A stretch of 64,000 nucleotides of DNA, from assembly GCA_037127955.1 (NCBI GenBank), contig JBAXXI010000001.1, positions 9,217-73,216 on the forward strand, read 5' to 3'. Below are positions 9,281 to 19,615 of the stretch, one piece after another (positions within the stretch are counted from its first letter, which is position 1; each line of letters opens with the position of its first letter). The notes below the pieces were generated by a model. The model was not told the origin of the DNA. It saw only the letters and a list, made by a program, of their open reading frames with translations, and ran no database searches. Origin of the DNA: Candidatus Berkelbacteria bacterium. GTDB taxonomy: Bacteria; Patescibacteriota; UBA1384; UBA12157. The position numbers and the translations under genes are program-made.

Positions 9281-10534
9281 TTAAGCTTGAACAAAAGTTA
9301 AAGCTTTACCAGAACTCGCTCCACGACCAGTTCGACCAATACGGTGAACATAATCATTATAGGTCTGAGGAATAGTATAATTAATCACATGGGTAACATC
9401 TTTAATATCAAGTCCACGAGCAGCTACATCGGTTGCAACCATAATATTAATTGCACCAGTCTTAAACTGACTCAAAGTACGTGATCGCTGTGACTGATTT
9501 TTATTCGAATGAATCGATTCAACCTTAAATCCACCAACCAACAAACTTGAAGTTAAACGCTCAACCTCCATTTTAGTTTCAGCAAAAACTAAAACTCGTT
9601 GAAAATCAGGCGATTTTAAAAGATTGGAAAGATGATCAAATTTAGTTGTTTCATTTTCAAAGCGAACCACATCTTGATCAATATTTTCAGCCGTATCACC
9701 CGTTTTAACCTCAATCGTCACCGGATTTTTCAAAAACTGACCAATAAATCCACGGATTTTGATTGGCAAAGTTGCCGAAAAGAACAATGATTGTCGTTCA
9801 ACCGGCATAACCTTTAACATTTCTGTGATTGTATTAATGAAACCCATATCCAACATACGATCAACTTCGTCCAAAACAATATTATTGAATTCTGGAAGTT
9901 TAATATATCCACGATCAATTAAATCATTTAATCTACCTGGCGTACCAATTACAAAATTTGGCTCACGACGCAAATTACCCATTTGCTTATGGATTGGCGC
10001 GCCGCCAACGCAACAAGCAAAAAAGATACGCATGCCCCAAGAAAATTTACGTAATTCTTCTTCAATTTGAAAGGCCAATTCTCTAGTTGGCGTAATAATC
10101 AAAACTTTTTGGCTTCGATCATTATAAACCTTATTAATTAATGGCAATAAAAAAGCGGCGGTTTTACCGGTTCCGGTATTAGCCAAACCAATCAAATCGC
10201 GTCCATCAAGAATATAATTAATTGACTGATCCTGAATTGGAGTTGGCGATAAATAATTTCTCTGCTTTAAATTGTCTTGTAATTCTTTACAAAACGGGAA
10301 ATCACTAAAAGCATTTTTAATCTCAACGGCAACTACTGGTTTTTTATCAATTGATTTGTTTATAAACTTAGAGACATCGATTCGTTCACCTCTAAATTTC
10401 TGTCTACCAGAATTGCCTCGATTATTTGATCGAGAAAAAGATGGTCTACTATTACCATTAGACATTCCGCTATTAGATCTAAATTTTGAACCTGGTCTAC
10501 GACCGAAATTACCAGCTGAACTGTTTCGTTGCAT
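9281..10534 (-). CDS. DEAD-box ATP-dependent RNA helicase (RhlE/CshA-like)
   Basis: Q motif PTPIQ, TGTGKT, PTRELA, TPGRL, DEVD, SAT, ARGLD, HRIGRTGR. Start moved to ATG 10534, which has an AAAGGA RBS (ORF track start 10555). Confidence 0.95.
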   Translation of the reverse strand: MQRNSSAGNFGRRPGSKFRSNSGMSNGNSRPSFSRSNNRGNSGRQKFRGERIDVSKFINKSIDKKPVVAVEIKNAFSDFPFCKELQDNLKQRNYLSPTPIQDQSINYILDGRDLIGLANTGTGKTAAFLLPLINKVYNDRSQKVLIITPTRELAFQIEEELRKFSWGMRIFFACCVGGAPIHKQMGNLRREPNFVIGTPGRLNDLIDRGYIKLPEFNNIVLDEVDRMLDMGFINTITEMLKVMPVERQSLFFSATLPIKIRGFIGQFLKNPVTIEVKTGDTAENIDQDVVRFENETTKFDHLSNLLKSPDFQRVLVFAETKMEVERLTSSLLVGGFKVESIHSNKNQSQRSRTLSQFKTGAINIMVATDVAARGLDIKDVTHVINYTIPQTYNDYVHRIGRTGRGASSGKALTFVQA

Positions 10535-10739
10535 GTTTTTTCCTTTGGCACACAAAAAGTGTGCAATTAATTAATTTCACAATTGCAATAATAAAACTTC
10601 GAAATTAATCGGAAATAATATGCAATGCGAGACGCTTACCAACTTACTGGCAAACGATTTGCTCGCAAAATTCTTTTTAAAACTTGAGAGCAAGATATTG
10701 ACTAAAGTATACTATAACACATTTTCAACTAAATGTAAA
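10535..10739 (-). promoter_or_regulatory. Sigma70-type promoter and ~170-nt structured 5' leader of the DEAD-box helicase gene
   Basis: TTTACA-17-TATAGT with TG extension (-10 at 10711-10716); three stem-loops at 10626-10667, 10582-10626 and 10548-10564. Confidence 0.6.
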
Positions 10740-10763
10740 GAGATAAAGAGTATTTATTTATTT

Positions 10764-11228
10764 TTATTGCGAAACAGAAATAATATTGTTTTCCGCATCA
10801 CAAGCTTTAACGGTTACGATCCCATTTGAATCAATTGAAATTGAATAGCCAGTTAAAGCAGACGTCCCATTTGGATCAATAGGAATAGATTTTAAATATT
10901 TTGACAAGGAAGAAGTTAAATCTATAGCAGATGTTGCAGTAACATTACAACCACCTTTAGAGATCATGGCACCACTTTCAGCGGTACCAATCTGTCTTTC
11001 GGCCATACCAACCAAAAGACCAGTTGGATAAGAACCCTTATTATCTATAAAATATGAATGAACAGCCACTAAAATATTTTGAATATCACTAGCCCGTCGA
11101 GAATCATTGGAATCTTTTAATATTTTTGTCGGCTTAAAAACAATAAAAATTACTACAACCAAAACAGCAACCACGGCGACCGTTAAAATTAGCTCGATAA
11201 GCGTAAAAGCTTTTTTATTCTTGATCAT
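10764..11228 (-). CDS. Type IV pilin / pseudopilin with prepilin N-methylation motif
   Basis: KKAFTLIELILTVAVVAVL class III signal; RRASDIQNI...YP and IPIDP patterns; GAGGAG RBS before ATG 11228. Confidence 0.88.
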   Translation of the reverse strand: MIKNKKAFTLIELILTVAVVAVLVVVIFIVFKPTKILKDSNDSRRASDIQNILVAVHSYFIDNKGSYPTGLLVGMAERQIGTAESGAMISKGGCNVTATSAIDLTSSLSKYLKSIPIDPNGTSALTGYSISIDSNGIVTVKACDAENNIISVSQ

Positions 11229-11395
11229 CAACCCTCCTCTAACTCTTATAATACCTTGACTCAAAATCAATATGAATTTAATATCTAATATAATAATACG
11301 CCAAAATTAACAAAAAATATATACAATCCAATCTGTTTTAGTATTTTAAGCTCTTTAGAGTTTAAAATTAAAAGAAAACCTGTTAAAATATAAAT

Positions 11396-12112
11396 ATGAA
11401 TTACTTGATTATTGTTGTTACAATTATAAGCACTTTTTTAGGTGGTTTATTCGCCATTCGTTTTCGCGACAAACTCCACTTAATTTTAGGCTTCAGTGCT
11501 GGCGCTGTTATCGGTGTAACATTTTTCGATTTGCTGCCGGAATCGATTAATCTGACCGCCGGTTTCTACCCCACGCAAACCATAACCCTTCTAATAGTCA
11601 TTGGTTTTATACTATACCTTATTGTTGACCGTTTTTTCTCGATTCATTCTCACGAAGACGATCATTGTGAAAATCCAAACCATCAAAATAAACTTGGCGC
11701 ATTCACTCTTTGCGTCCATAGTTTCTTGGATGGTCTTGGTATTGGTTTAGCCTTTAAAGTTTCTCCAACCGTTGGCTGGATCGTTGCTGCCGCGGTTTTA
11801 ACGCATGATTTTTCCGATGGTATCAATACAGTTAATATGATCTTAAAAAATAAAAACAATAAAAAAGAAGCTTATAAATGGCTTATTATCGACGCGTTAG
11901 CACCAGCACTTGGCATTACGACTGCGATATTTTTAACTGTATCTCAACCAGTTTTAGGTTTAATCTTATCTGTTTTTACCGGACTCTTTCTTTATATCGG
12001 CGCTAGTGAATTAATACCAGAAAGTCATCACCGTCACCCAACGATTTGGACAACAGTCATGACCGTTCTTGGTGTATCAACTTTATATTTAATTATTAAT
12101 TTTATAAAATAA
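11396..12112 (+). CDS. ZIP family divalent metal transporter
   Basis: LGFSAG, His-rich loop HSHEDDH, HSFLDG, HDFSDG, ELIPESH. Confidence 0.9.
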   Translation: MNYLIIVVTIISTFLGGLFAIRFRDKLHLILGFSAGAVIGVTFFDLLPESINLTAGFYPTQTITLLIVIGFILYLIVDRFFSIHSHEDDHCENPNHQNKLGAFTLCVHSFLDGLGIGLAFKVSPTVGWIVAAAVLTHDFSDGINTVNMILKNKNNKKEAYKWLIIDALAPALGITTAIFLTVSQPVLGLILSVFTGLFLYIGASELIPESHHRHPTIWTTVMTVLGVSTLYLIINFIK

Positions 12113-12128
12113 TCAAAAAGGAGTTTTT

Positions 12129-13160
12129 TTGAAAAAAATCTTATTAACCCTGTCTATTTTATTAACTTTTAGCCTTGTCTTATTTGTAAACCCTGGTCAA
12201 ACTTTTGCCGCGTCAATTCCAACCACCTTTCAATGGGGCGTGACCATGAGACCTTATGCTCTTGGTAGCTACAGTAAGAGTGGCTGGACTAAACAAATTG
12301 TTAAAGCTAAAAGCCTCGGCGCTGGCTGGGCCAGAATCACCTGGGACTACAACGGCAAGCCTTTCGTCAGGAATACCGAAGTCATTAACACTTTGATTCA
12401 AAATAAAATCAATGTCGTCTTGGTCATTGAACACAACCCAAATGATGGAAACAACAATCTTTATAAAAACGGTTATAATGATGGTAAATGTATTGCTAAA
12501 TACTACAAGAAAAAAGTTGCCTACTACCAATTAATGAATGAAGGTGGCGCTCAATCACTCAAAAACGGTACATCTAATGGTCAAACCATGACCGATTATA
12601 ACGTTAATGAATACAATAAAGTTCGCGACTATATGAAAGGTTTGTCGGACGGTATTTCTGCTGGCGACCCATCTGCCAAAAAGATTGTCACAATCAGCTG
12701 GACCCATGTTGGATTTTTAGATAGACTCGTCAAAGATGGTGTTAAATTTGATATGATTGGCATCGATTGGTACGACTGGATGGGCGATTTTGGTAGCAGT
12801 AAATTATCTAACGGTCAATCGCTTTATGAAAAATTAAAAAGTTACGGAAAACCATTAACTTTTATGGAAGTTGCCGCTATGCCTAAAGGTGCTAATGCCT
12901 CGAGTAAATCTAAAACTATTGTCGACGAGACTAAACAAAATAGTTTTACCATGCAAACTGCCCAATGGGCCTGGGACCATCGCGACACAGTTAAAGGCTT
13001 CTACGCTTTCGAATTAGTCGACAATATTAGCAACCCAAGCCAATACAAAGATTATTATGGTTTAATCCAAGGTGTTAAAAAAGGCTCGAATTACACTTTT
13101 GGTAAACTCAGAAAAGTTTTTACTTCTTATAAAACTTTTATTAAAGCTCATAAAAAATAA
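12129..13160 (+). CDS. Secreted glycoside hydrolase-like protein (probable clan GH-A TIM barrel)
   Basis: Signal peptide; YYQLMNE acid/base-like motif, FDMIGIDWY, KPLTFME nucleophile-like motif, FYAFELVD. Confidence 0.7.
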   Translation: MKKILLTLSILLTFSLVLFVNPGQTFAASIPTTFQWGVTMRPYALGSYSKSGWTKQIVKAKSLGAGWARITWDYNGKPFVRNTEVINTLIQNKINVVLVIEHNPNDGNNNLYKNGYNDGKCIAKYYKKKVAYYQLMNEGGAQSLKNGTSNGQTMTDYNVNEYNKVRDYMKGLSDGISAGDPSAKKIVTISWTHVGFLDRLVKDGVKFDMIGIDWYDWMGDFGSSKLSNGQSLYEKLKSYGKPLTFMEVAAMPKGANASSKSKTIVDETKQNSFTMQTAQWAWDHRDTVKGFYAFELVDNISNPSQYKDYYGLIQGVKKGSNYTFGKLRKVFTSYKTFIKAHKK

Positions 13161-13162
13161 TT

Positions 13163-14164
13163 ATGAACAAAAGGATCGATTGGGTTGATACAGCCAAAGG
13201 CATTACTATTTTTCTAGTGGTTTTGGGCCATACTATTTTGCCATATAACTGGTTGATTTACGTTTTTTCTTTTCACATGCCGATGTTTTTCTTTTTATCA
13301 GGCTATCTTTATAATCCAGAAAAATATCAGAATTTATGGTCGTTAATTAAGCGAAAGGCAGGCACTTTACTTTGGCCATATTTATTCTTCTTCATATTTA
13401 ATTTTATTTACTGGGTTTTATTTTTTAACTCCAAGCAGTACTTTGACCCAATTATCAAAATGATCTACTCTACAGATACTCTGTCTGCCCCATTTATTCC
13501 GCTTTGGTTTCTAACCTGTCTTTTTGCCCTTGAAATAATTTTTTTCACATTAGAGCGACAATTTAAATCTTTTAAATTGTTTTTAGCAATAATTGTCTGT
13601 ACAATTACCGGGTTTATTTTGGCCAATAATCATTACCATCTACCATGGGGAATCGATATTGCCCTAGTATCAACGAGTTTTTACTATCTTGGCTTTATTA
13701 TCAAAAAGAATGATTTAATCGAAAAAACACAAAATGTATGGCTGTATTTGTTGGGTCTAATATTTATTATCATCAACTATTTTCTAGCTTTTCTCCTTGA
13801 TATTCAAGCCAGCATGTTCTATCGAGCCTACGGTCAAGAATGGCTATTTGTCTTAACGGCTATTTTTGGCATTTTAGGCTACATAATTTTAGCTAAATTC
13901 TTAAAACAAACTATACTCAAAAACAATACTATCATAGAATTTTTAGGTCAAAATTCTTTAATCATTTTAGGCTTACATACAGTTTTTTATTATTATGTTT
14001 CCGATTTTTTTCGAATATTTTTACATATCTATCCAAAAACCAGCACTATTTTTGCTTTTATTTATACTATTATTACCATATTATTAATTTGTCCATTTAT
14101 AATTTTTATTAACAAAAAAGCGCCTTTCTTAATCGGTCGAAAACCAACTAGTAAAAACGCTTAA
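13163..14164 (+). CDS. Acyltransferase family 3 (membrane O-acyltransferase)
   Basis: RIDWVDTAKGITIFLVVLGH, FHMPMFFFLSG, LWFL; multiple TM helices. Confidence 0.92.
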   Translation: MNKRIDWVDTAKGITIFLVVLGHTILPYNWLIYVFSFHMPMFFFLSGYLYNPEKYQNLWSLIKRKAGTLLWPYLFFFIFNFIYWVLFFNSKQYFDPIIKMIYSTDTLSAPFIPLWFLTCLFALEIIFFTLERQFKSFKLFLAIIVCTITGFILANNHYHLPWGIDIALVSTSFYYLGFIIKKNDLIEKTQNVWLYLLGLIFIIINYFLAFLLDIQASMFYRAYGQEWLFVLTAIFGILGYIILAKFLKQTILKNNTIIEFLGQNSLIILGLHTVFYYYVSDFFRIFLHIYPKTSTIFAFIYTIITILLICPFIIFINKKAPFLIGRKPTSKNA

Positions 14165-14173
14165 AAAAATTAA

Positions 14174-14671
14174 TTATTTTTCTTCATCCTCTTCGGTCTC
14201 GTCCTCAATTTCTTCATCATCAGCCTCTTCAACAATCTCTGTAATACTCGGATTGATCTGAGCGGCATATTTTCCATCCGTATCTCGTGACTCATCATCA
14301 GTTTTGTTTTTCTTTGGCAAAAGTTTAGCAACAACCTTAAATTTTCTCACTTCACCTTTTTGATCTTCGATCTCATTGGTTTTGTGATCACTAAAGTACT
14401 CCATTAGCTCAGAAGATAAAATTTCCTCAAGTGTGCCTAACTCATCACGATTTTCTTTAATATCTGAAATTAATTTCTGAGTTTCTGCCTTAGCCCAAAT
14501 CGCGTCTTTAATCCTTTTTTTCTTATCCATCAAAGCTTTGATCTCTTCGCAAACCGCCAAGTAATCAGTATCGTTCTCTAATTCATTCTTCAGGGCCTCA
14601 CGAGCAATTTTGTTCTCATTTTTAAAAGTCTCTAATTGCTCCATTCTCTCTTTAATAATCGAAACGTCCAT
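14174..14671 (-). CDS. Hypothetical coiled-coil protein with acidic tail
   Basis: AGGAG RBS; helical, highly charged sequence; no recognised family. Confidence 0.7.
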   Translation of the reverse strand: MDVSIIKERMEQLETFKNENKIAREALKNELENDTDYLAVCEEIKALMDKKKRIKDAIWAKAETQKLISDIKENRDELGTLEEILSSELMEYFSDHKTNEIEDQKGEVRKFKVVAKLLPKKNKTDDESRDTDGKYAAQINPSITEIVEEADDEEIEDETEEDEEK

Positions 14672-14754
14672 GTTCTCCTTTTTTATTATTTGTTTTTTAT
14701 TTCAATTGATTAAATATTTCGGATTACTGAAATTCTGTGAATTTACAATAAAAT

Positions 14755-15354
14755 TTATTTAATAATAATAGATTCTATTTTATCGCCCATTTGGATTTTT
14801 TTAACCACATCCATACCAGAAGTCACTTGACCGAAAAGATTATAAAGCTTTGGTAGAGTCGGCAAATCTTCTAAACAAATGAAAAATTGTGACCCATTTG
14901 TATTTGGACCAGCGTTAGCCATAGCCAACGTTCCTTCTTTGTAATCACCTACTACCTTTTCGTCTTCAAACTTGTAGCCAGGACCACCTGCGCCGGTACC
15001 GGTCGGATCGCCACCCTGAATCACAAAACCTGGCACTACTCGATGAAAGTTCAAACCATTATAGTAGCCAAGTTCGGCCAAGTAAATAAAGTTACTGACA
15101 GTTTTTGGTGCCCTGTCAGCATAAAGATCTAATTCGATTACACCTTTACTGGTTGTAATGACGGCTTTTTTATTTTTAATTTTGTCGTCTGGCAAAATGC
15201 CAGGAAATTTGTAGTTAGACACTGTTTCTTCCTTTTTAGCTGGTTCAGACGTTTTTTCTTGAACTTTGTTCGTTCTTGAAAAACCAAAAAAACCAATTAC
15301 AATCAAAACAATAATGATTGGTAAAATTAATTTATTCATGTTTTCACTGTACAA
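14755..15354 (-). CDS. Membrane-anchored cyclophilin-type peptidyl-prolyl isomerase (likely start 15339)
   Basis: APKTVSNF, FHRVVPGFVIQGGDP, LAMANAGPNTNGSQFFI; N-terminal TM. Confidence 0.93.
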   Translation of the reverse strand: MYSENMNKLILPIIIVLIVIGFFGFSRTNKVQEKTSEPAKKEETVSNYKFPGILPDDKIKNKKAVITTSKGVIELDLYADRAPKTVSNFIYLAELGYYNGLNFHRVVPGFVIQGGDPTGTGAGGPGYKFEDEKVVGDYKEGTLAMANAGPNTNGSQFFICLEDLPTLPKLYNLFGQVTSGMDVVKKIQMGDKIESIIIK

Positions 15355-15391
15355 TAAAATACGATTTTTGCCAAGAGTAAATGGAAAAAAT

Positions 15392-15456
15392 TTGACATAT
15401 ATTTAATACAAAGTTATGCTAAATATATATTAAATACCCCTACCATAGGTATGGGT
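15392..15456 (+). promoter_or_regulatory. Promoter and CsoR-type operator of the copper operon
   Basis: TTGACA(15392)-17-TATGCT(15415), followed by ATACC-cctaccata-GGTAT-gggt at 15434-15456, which resembles CsoR TACC...GGTA boxes. Confidence 0.75.
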
Positions 15457-15471
15457 CAATAAAGGAATATT

Positions 15472-15744
15472 TTGGACCAAAACCGTAAAAATATCATCAC
15501 TAATTTTAAAAAAGCCAAAAGCCACTTGGATAAAATTATCAAAATGACTGAAGATGGCGAGTATTGTATTAACATTATGCAACAAAACCTGGCCGTAATC
15601 GGTCTATTAAAATCGGCTCACCAAATATTAATGGAAGGACACCTTAATACTTGCTTTAAAAGCGCTATGAATTCAGCTAGTGAAAAAAGAAAACAAGAAA
15701 TGATTGAGGAAATTTTAAAAGTCTCAAAACTTGCAAACAAATAA
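15472..15744 (+). CDS. csoR: CsoR/RcnR-family metal-sensing repressor
   Basis: YCINIMQQ...LMEGHLNTC supplies the Cys/His/Cys Cu(I) ligands; upstream of copA. Confidence 0.88.
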   Translation: MDQNRKNIITNFKKAKSHLDKIIKMTEDGEYCINIMQQNLAVIGLLKSAHQILMEGHLNTCFKSAMNSASEKRKQEMIEEILKVSKLANK

Positions 15745-15771
15745 TTACTTACTGATTTTTAGGAGGAAGAT

Positions 15772-16740
15772 TTGAACTATTGGATCATATTTTTTACTGG
15801 ATTAACCACCGGCGGACTTTCCTGTCTAGCACTTCAAGGCGGATTGCTTACCTCAACCATGGTTGAGAGTCAAACCAAATCAGCCCGTATTCGCAGCATC
15901 ATACTTTTTTTAATTTCTAAGCTCACTGCCTATACCATACTTGGATTAATATTAGGATTTTTGGGCGAAGTTTTTACACTTTCGCCAAAAGTTTTAGGCG
16001 GACTCAATATTTTTATTGCCCTATTTATGCTTGGGGTCGCTTTGGAAACCTTAAAAGTTCACCCGATTTTTAAGTTTTTTCTTTTGCAGCCACCGAAATT
16101 TTTACGCCGTCTAATCTTTAAGCAAGAAAACGAAAAAAGCAGTTTCACTGCCATCATCTTAGGCATATTTACAGTTTTAATTCCTTGCGGTGTGACTCAA
16201 GCTATGATGGCGCTCGCTGTCAGTACCGGCAGACCTCTGGTCGGTGCTACCACCATGTTTTTCTTTATCCTTGGTACTATTCCAGTTTTCTTTATTCTAG
16301 CTTATTTTGCCAGCGAAATTGGTGAAAAATTCAAAAACATATTCTACAAAATTGTAGCCGTATTTTTAATCATTCTATCGATTTATACTTTTAATCATGG
16401 CCTGCGCTTAAGTGGGATCAACTTGAGTACCCCAAAAAACAGTATCAGTCGAAACAGCGTGATTGATGATAACACTCAAAAAGTCACCATTAAACTCGAC
16501 AACAAAATTGGTTATACTCCAAATTCTATTATTCTTAAAAAAGATGTGCCCGTTGAACTTTCGGTTTACGCCAATAGTGCCACTACTTGCGTCAGAGTTT
16601 TCGTCATTCCAAGTCTCAAAGTCAATAAAGTCGTGCCAGAGAAAGAACCATTGATTATTAAATTTACCCCGACCAAACTAGGCAAAATTCCATTTACCTG
16701 CTCCATGGGCATGTATCAAGGCGAATTTGTTGTCGAGTAA
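15772..16740 (+). CDS. DsbD_2/TauE-like membrane protein with C-terminal cupredoxin-like domain
   Basis: [11 protein letters not shown] and [10 protein letters not shown] in the TM domain; C-terminal PFTCSMGMY. Confidence 0.85.
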   Translation: MNYWIIFFTGLTTGGLSCLALQGGLLTSTMVESQTKSARIRSIILFLISKLTAYTILGLILGFLGEVFTLSPKVLGGLNIFIALFMLGVALETLKVHPIFKFFLLQPPKFLRRLIFKQENEKSSFTAIILGIFTVLIPCGVTQAMMALAVSTGRPLVGATTMFFFILGTIPVFFILAYFASEIGEKFKNIFYKIVAVFLIILSIYTFNHGLRLSGINLSTPKNSISRNSVIDDNTQKVTIKLDNKIGYTPNSIILKKDVPVELSVYANSATTCVRVFVIPSLKVNKVVPEKEPLIIKFTPTKLGKIPFTCSMGMYQGEFVVE

Positions 16741-16757
16741 TTTATAAAGGAGCTATC

Positions 16758-18953
16758 ATGAAAAAACAAATTCAAATCATTGGTATGCACTGTACCAGTT
16801 GTGCCGCCAACATCGAAAATAGTTTACTTAAAATACCGGGCGTCATCGATGCTGACGTTAATTATGCTTCAGAAAAAGCCACGATTGATGTTAAAGAAGA
16901 TTTTTCTGACGATAACACTCTAATTAAAACTATTGTAAATGGTGGCTATAAAGCCGTATTGATAAATAAAAAAAATGATAATCAAATGGATCACATGCAC
17001 CACGATCACGACAAAATGGTTTGGCGAAACTTTCTTTGGGCCGCCAGCCTTAGCTTGCCATTAATCATATTTATGTTTTTACCGATGAATCCTTACATTA
17101 GAATCATCTCCTTGATTTTAGCCACGCCAGTTCAGTTTATTATTGGCGCCAGCTTTTACAAAGGCATGTGGCAAGGATTAAAAAATAAAACTTTCAATAT
17201 GGATTCTTTGGTAGCTATCGGCACTTCGGCTGCCTACTTTTTCTCTATTTATAATTTTTTCCATGACGGTGCGCTTTACTTTGAAACCTCCGCCCTTTTA
17301 ATTACATTTGTCTTACTTGGTAAATTCCTTGAAGCCAAGGCTAAAGCTCGGACAAATGATTCAGTTAAAAAACTGGTTGGTTTACAGGCCAAAACGGCCC
17401 GAATTATCACAAATGGCAAAATTCAAGATATCCCGATTGAGGAAGTAAAAATTGGTGATATAATTTTAGTCAGACCGGGCGAAAAAGTCCCAGTCGACGG
17501 CGTCATTACCAAAGGCAGTTCGACTCTTGATGAATCAATGGTGACTGGCGAAAGTTTACCAGTTGATAAAACTATTGGCAATAATGTCATAGGTGCGACA
17601 ATAAACGAAACTGGCTCATTTGAATTTCGCGCCGAAAAAGTTGGCAGCGACACATTAATCGCTCAAATCATCAAATTTGTTGAGGAGGCGCAAGGGGCTA
17701 AAGCGCCAATTCAAGCTTTTGCCGACAAGGTGTCAAGTTGGTTTGTTCCAGCAGTTATTGTTATTGCGATTTTAACTTTTTGTATTTGGTTTTTTGCACT
17801 TAATATTGGTTTTGAAAAATCTCTTTTGTTTGCCACGGCCGTCTTAGTCATTGCTTGCCCTTGCGCCTTGGGCCTAGCTACACCAACCGCGATCATGGTT
17901 GGGGTTGGACTGGGTGCTAAATACGGTATTTTAATTAAAGGTGGGGAACCGCTCGAAATCGCCCAAAAGGTAAACACCATAGTTTTTGATAAAACTGGAA
18001 CACTGACTGAGGGAAAATTAGTCGTAACTGATATTGAGTTAAATCCAAAATCCGAATTACGAAATCCGAATGAAATACTAAAAATAGCTGCATCGCTCGA
18101 ATTTGGATCTGAACACCCGATTGCCGAGGCAATTATCAATAAAGCCAAAAAAGATAATATCAAATTAGTTGAAGTTACAAATTTCAAGGCAATTGCCGGT
18201 CATGGCATTACCGGCGAAATTGATGATAAAAAATATTATTTAGGTAATCGAAAATTAATGATAGATAATAAAATTAAAATTGATGATTTTAATGATAAAA
18301 TCGAAGCATTAGAAAGCCAAGGCAAGACCGTTATGATTTTAGCAAGTGATACTATCATTGGCCTAATCGCGGTGGCCGATACCATTAAAACTACAACCAA
18401 GCAGGCAATTGCTAAATTAAGATCGATAGGCTTAACCATTTACATGATGACTGGTGATAATGCAAGGACCGCCAATGCCATTGCTAAAGAAATCGGTATT
18501 AATCATATTTTGGCCGAAATTTTACCAGAACAAAAGGCGCAAGAAATTAAAAAAATACAAAATGGAAATCATATTGTCGCCATGGTAGGAGATGGTATTA
18601 ATGACGCACCGGCCCTGGCCCAAGCCGATCTAGGTATTGCTATGGGCTCTGGCACCGATGTCGCCCTTGAAAACGGCCAAATAGTTATTATAAAAAATGA
18701 CTTAATAAACATAATTACGGCGATCGAACTTTCGCGCAAAACATTTTCTAAAGTTAAACAAAATCTTTTCTTTGCCCTGTTTTACAACACTTTAGGTATC
18801 CCAATCGCCGCTGGCGCTTTTGCGGGTCTCGGACTGGTTTTACGACCGGAATTTGCCGGTCTCGCCATGGCCCTAAGCTCTATATCGGTCGTGACTAGTT
18901 CCATTCTTTTAAAATCTTTTAAGCCAAAGAATACTTTAATTGACAAGATATGA
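16758..18953 (+). CDS. copA: Cu(I)-translocating P1B-type ATPase
   Basis: GMHCTSC HMA domain, [31 protein letters not shown] and MALSS. Confidence 0.95.
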   Translation: MKKQIQIIGMHCTSCAANIENSLLKIPGVIDADVNYASEKATIDVKEDFSDDNTLIKTIVNGGYKAVLINKKNDNQMDHMHHDHDKMVWRNFLWAASLSLPLIIFMFLPMNPYIRIISLILATPVQFIIGASFYKGMWQGLKNKTFNMDSLVAIGTSAAYFFSIYNFFHDGALYFETSALLITFVLLGKFLEAKAKARTNDSVKKLVGLQAKTARIITNGKIQDIPIEEVKIGDIILVRPGEKVPVDGVITKGSSTLDESMVTGESLPVDKTIGNNVIGATINETGSFEFRAEKVGSDTLIAQIIKFVEEAQGAKAPIQAFADKVSSWFVPAVIVIAILTFCIWFFALNIGFEKSLLFATAVLVIACPCALGLATPTAIMVGVGLGAKYGILIKGGEPLEIAQKVNTIVFDKTGTLTEGKLVVTDIELNPKSELRNPNEILKIAASLEFGSEHPIAEAIINKAKKDNIKLVEVTNFKAIAGHGITGEIDDKKYYLGNRKLMIDNKIKIDDFNDKIEALESQGKTVMILASDTIIGLIAVADTIKTTTKQAIAKLRSIGLTIYMMTGDNARTANAIAKEIGINHILAEILPEQKAQEIKKIQNGNHIVAMVGDGINDAPALAQADLGIAMGSGTDVALENGQIVIIKNDLINIITAIELSRKTFSKVKQNLFFALFYNTLGIPIAAGAFAGLGLVLRPEFAGLAMALSSISVVTSSILLKSFKPKNTLIDKI

Positions 18954-18986
18954 TATGATATATTTAAATTCAATAGAAAGGATTTT

Positions 18987-19289
18987 ATGAGTTTCGAAGA
19001 AAGAATTATTAAAGTTCCCGGGCAAGATAAAGGTAAAATCTTTATATTTGCCTTAAGCACCTGCGTATGGTGCAAGAAAACTAAACAACTACTAAATGAT
19101 TTAGGCGTAATGTACGATTACATTGATGTTGATTTAGTTTCAGGCAATGCTGAACAAGAGTTAATGGATGAATTTAAAAAATACACAAATAATATTTCTT
19201 TTCCAACTATCATCATCGAAGATGGTCAAGAAGTTATTACCGGTTTTGACGAAGCTAGAATAAAGGAACTATTTGAAAATGGAAAATAA
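18987..19289 (+). CDS. Glutaredoxin-like protein
   Basis: LSTCVWCKKTK CxxC motif, SFPTI, GFDE. Confidence 0.88.
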   Translation: MSFEERIIKVPGQDKGKIFIFALSTCVWCKKTKQLLNDLGVMYDYIDVDLVSGNAEQELMDEFKKYTNNISFPTIIIEDGQEVITGFDEARIKELFENGK

Positions 19290-19566
19290 ACCAAAATCCT
19301 TACTTAATCCAGACAAATCATTTACCGACGAGGTCTTAAAAAACCTTAAAGTCAATGTAGAGCGCTACGGTTATGCGGCTTGCCCTTGCAGATTGGCTTC
19401 TGGCAAAAAAACTGAAGATGCCGATATTATTTGCCCATGCGAATATCGCGGCCAAGATGTGGCCGAATATGACACTTGTTTTTGCGGACTTTATGTCAGC
19501 CAAAAAGCCATCGACGAAAATATTCCCGTCAAACCAATCCCAGATCGCCGATTGGATAAAATTTAA
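19273..19566 (+). CDS. Ferredoxin:thioredoxin reductase catalytic-subunit family protein (likely ATG 19279)
   Basis: CPCR, CPC and CFCGLY three-motif signature; overlaps the grx stop. Confidence 0.88.
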   Translation: MKMENKPKSLLNPDKSFTDEVLKNLKVNVERYGYAACPCRLASGKKTEDADIICPCEYRGQDVAEYDTCFCGLYVSQKAIDENIPVKPIPDRRLDKI

Positions 19567-19572
19567 AATATC

Positions 19573-19608
19573 AAAAAAGCCCGGTATTTAATCGTACCGG
19601 GCTTTTTT
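19573..19608. terminator. Bidirectional intrinsic terminator
   Basis: aaaaaagcccggta-tttaatcg-taccgggctttttt between convergent genes. Confidence 0.85.
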
Positions 19609-19615
19609 ATTTCAA

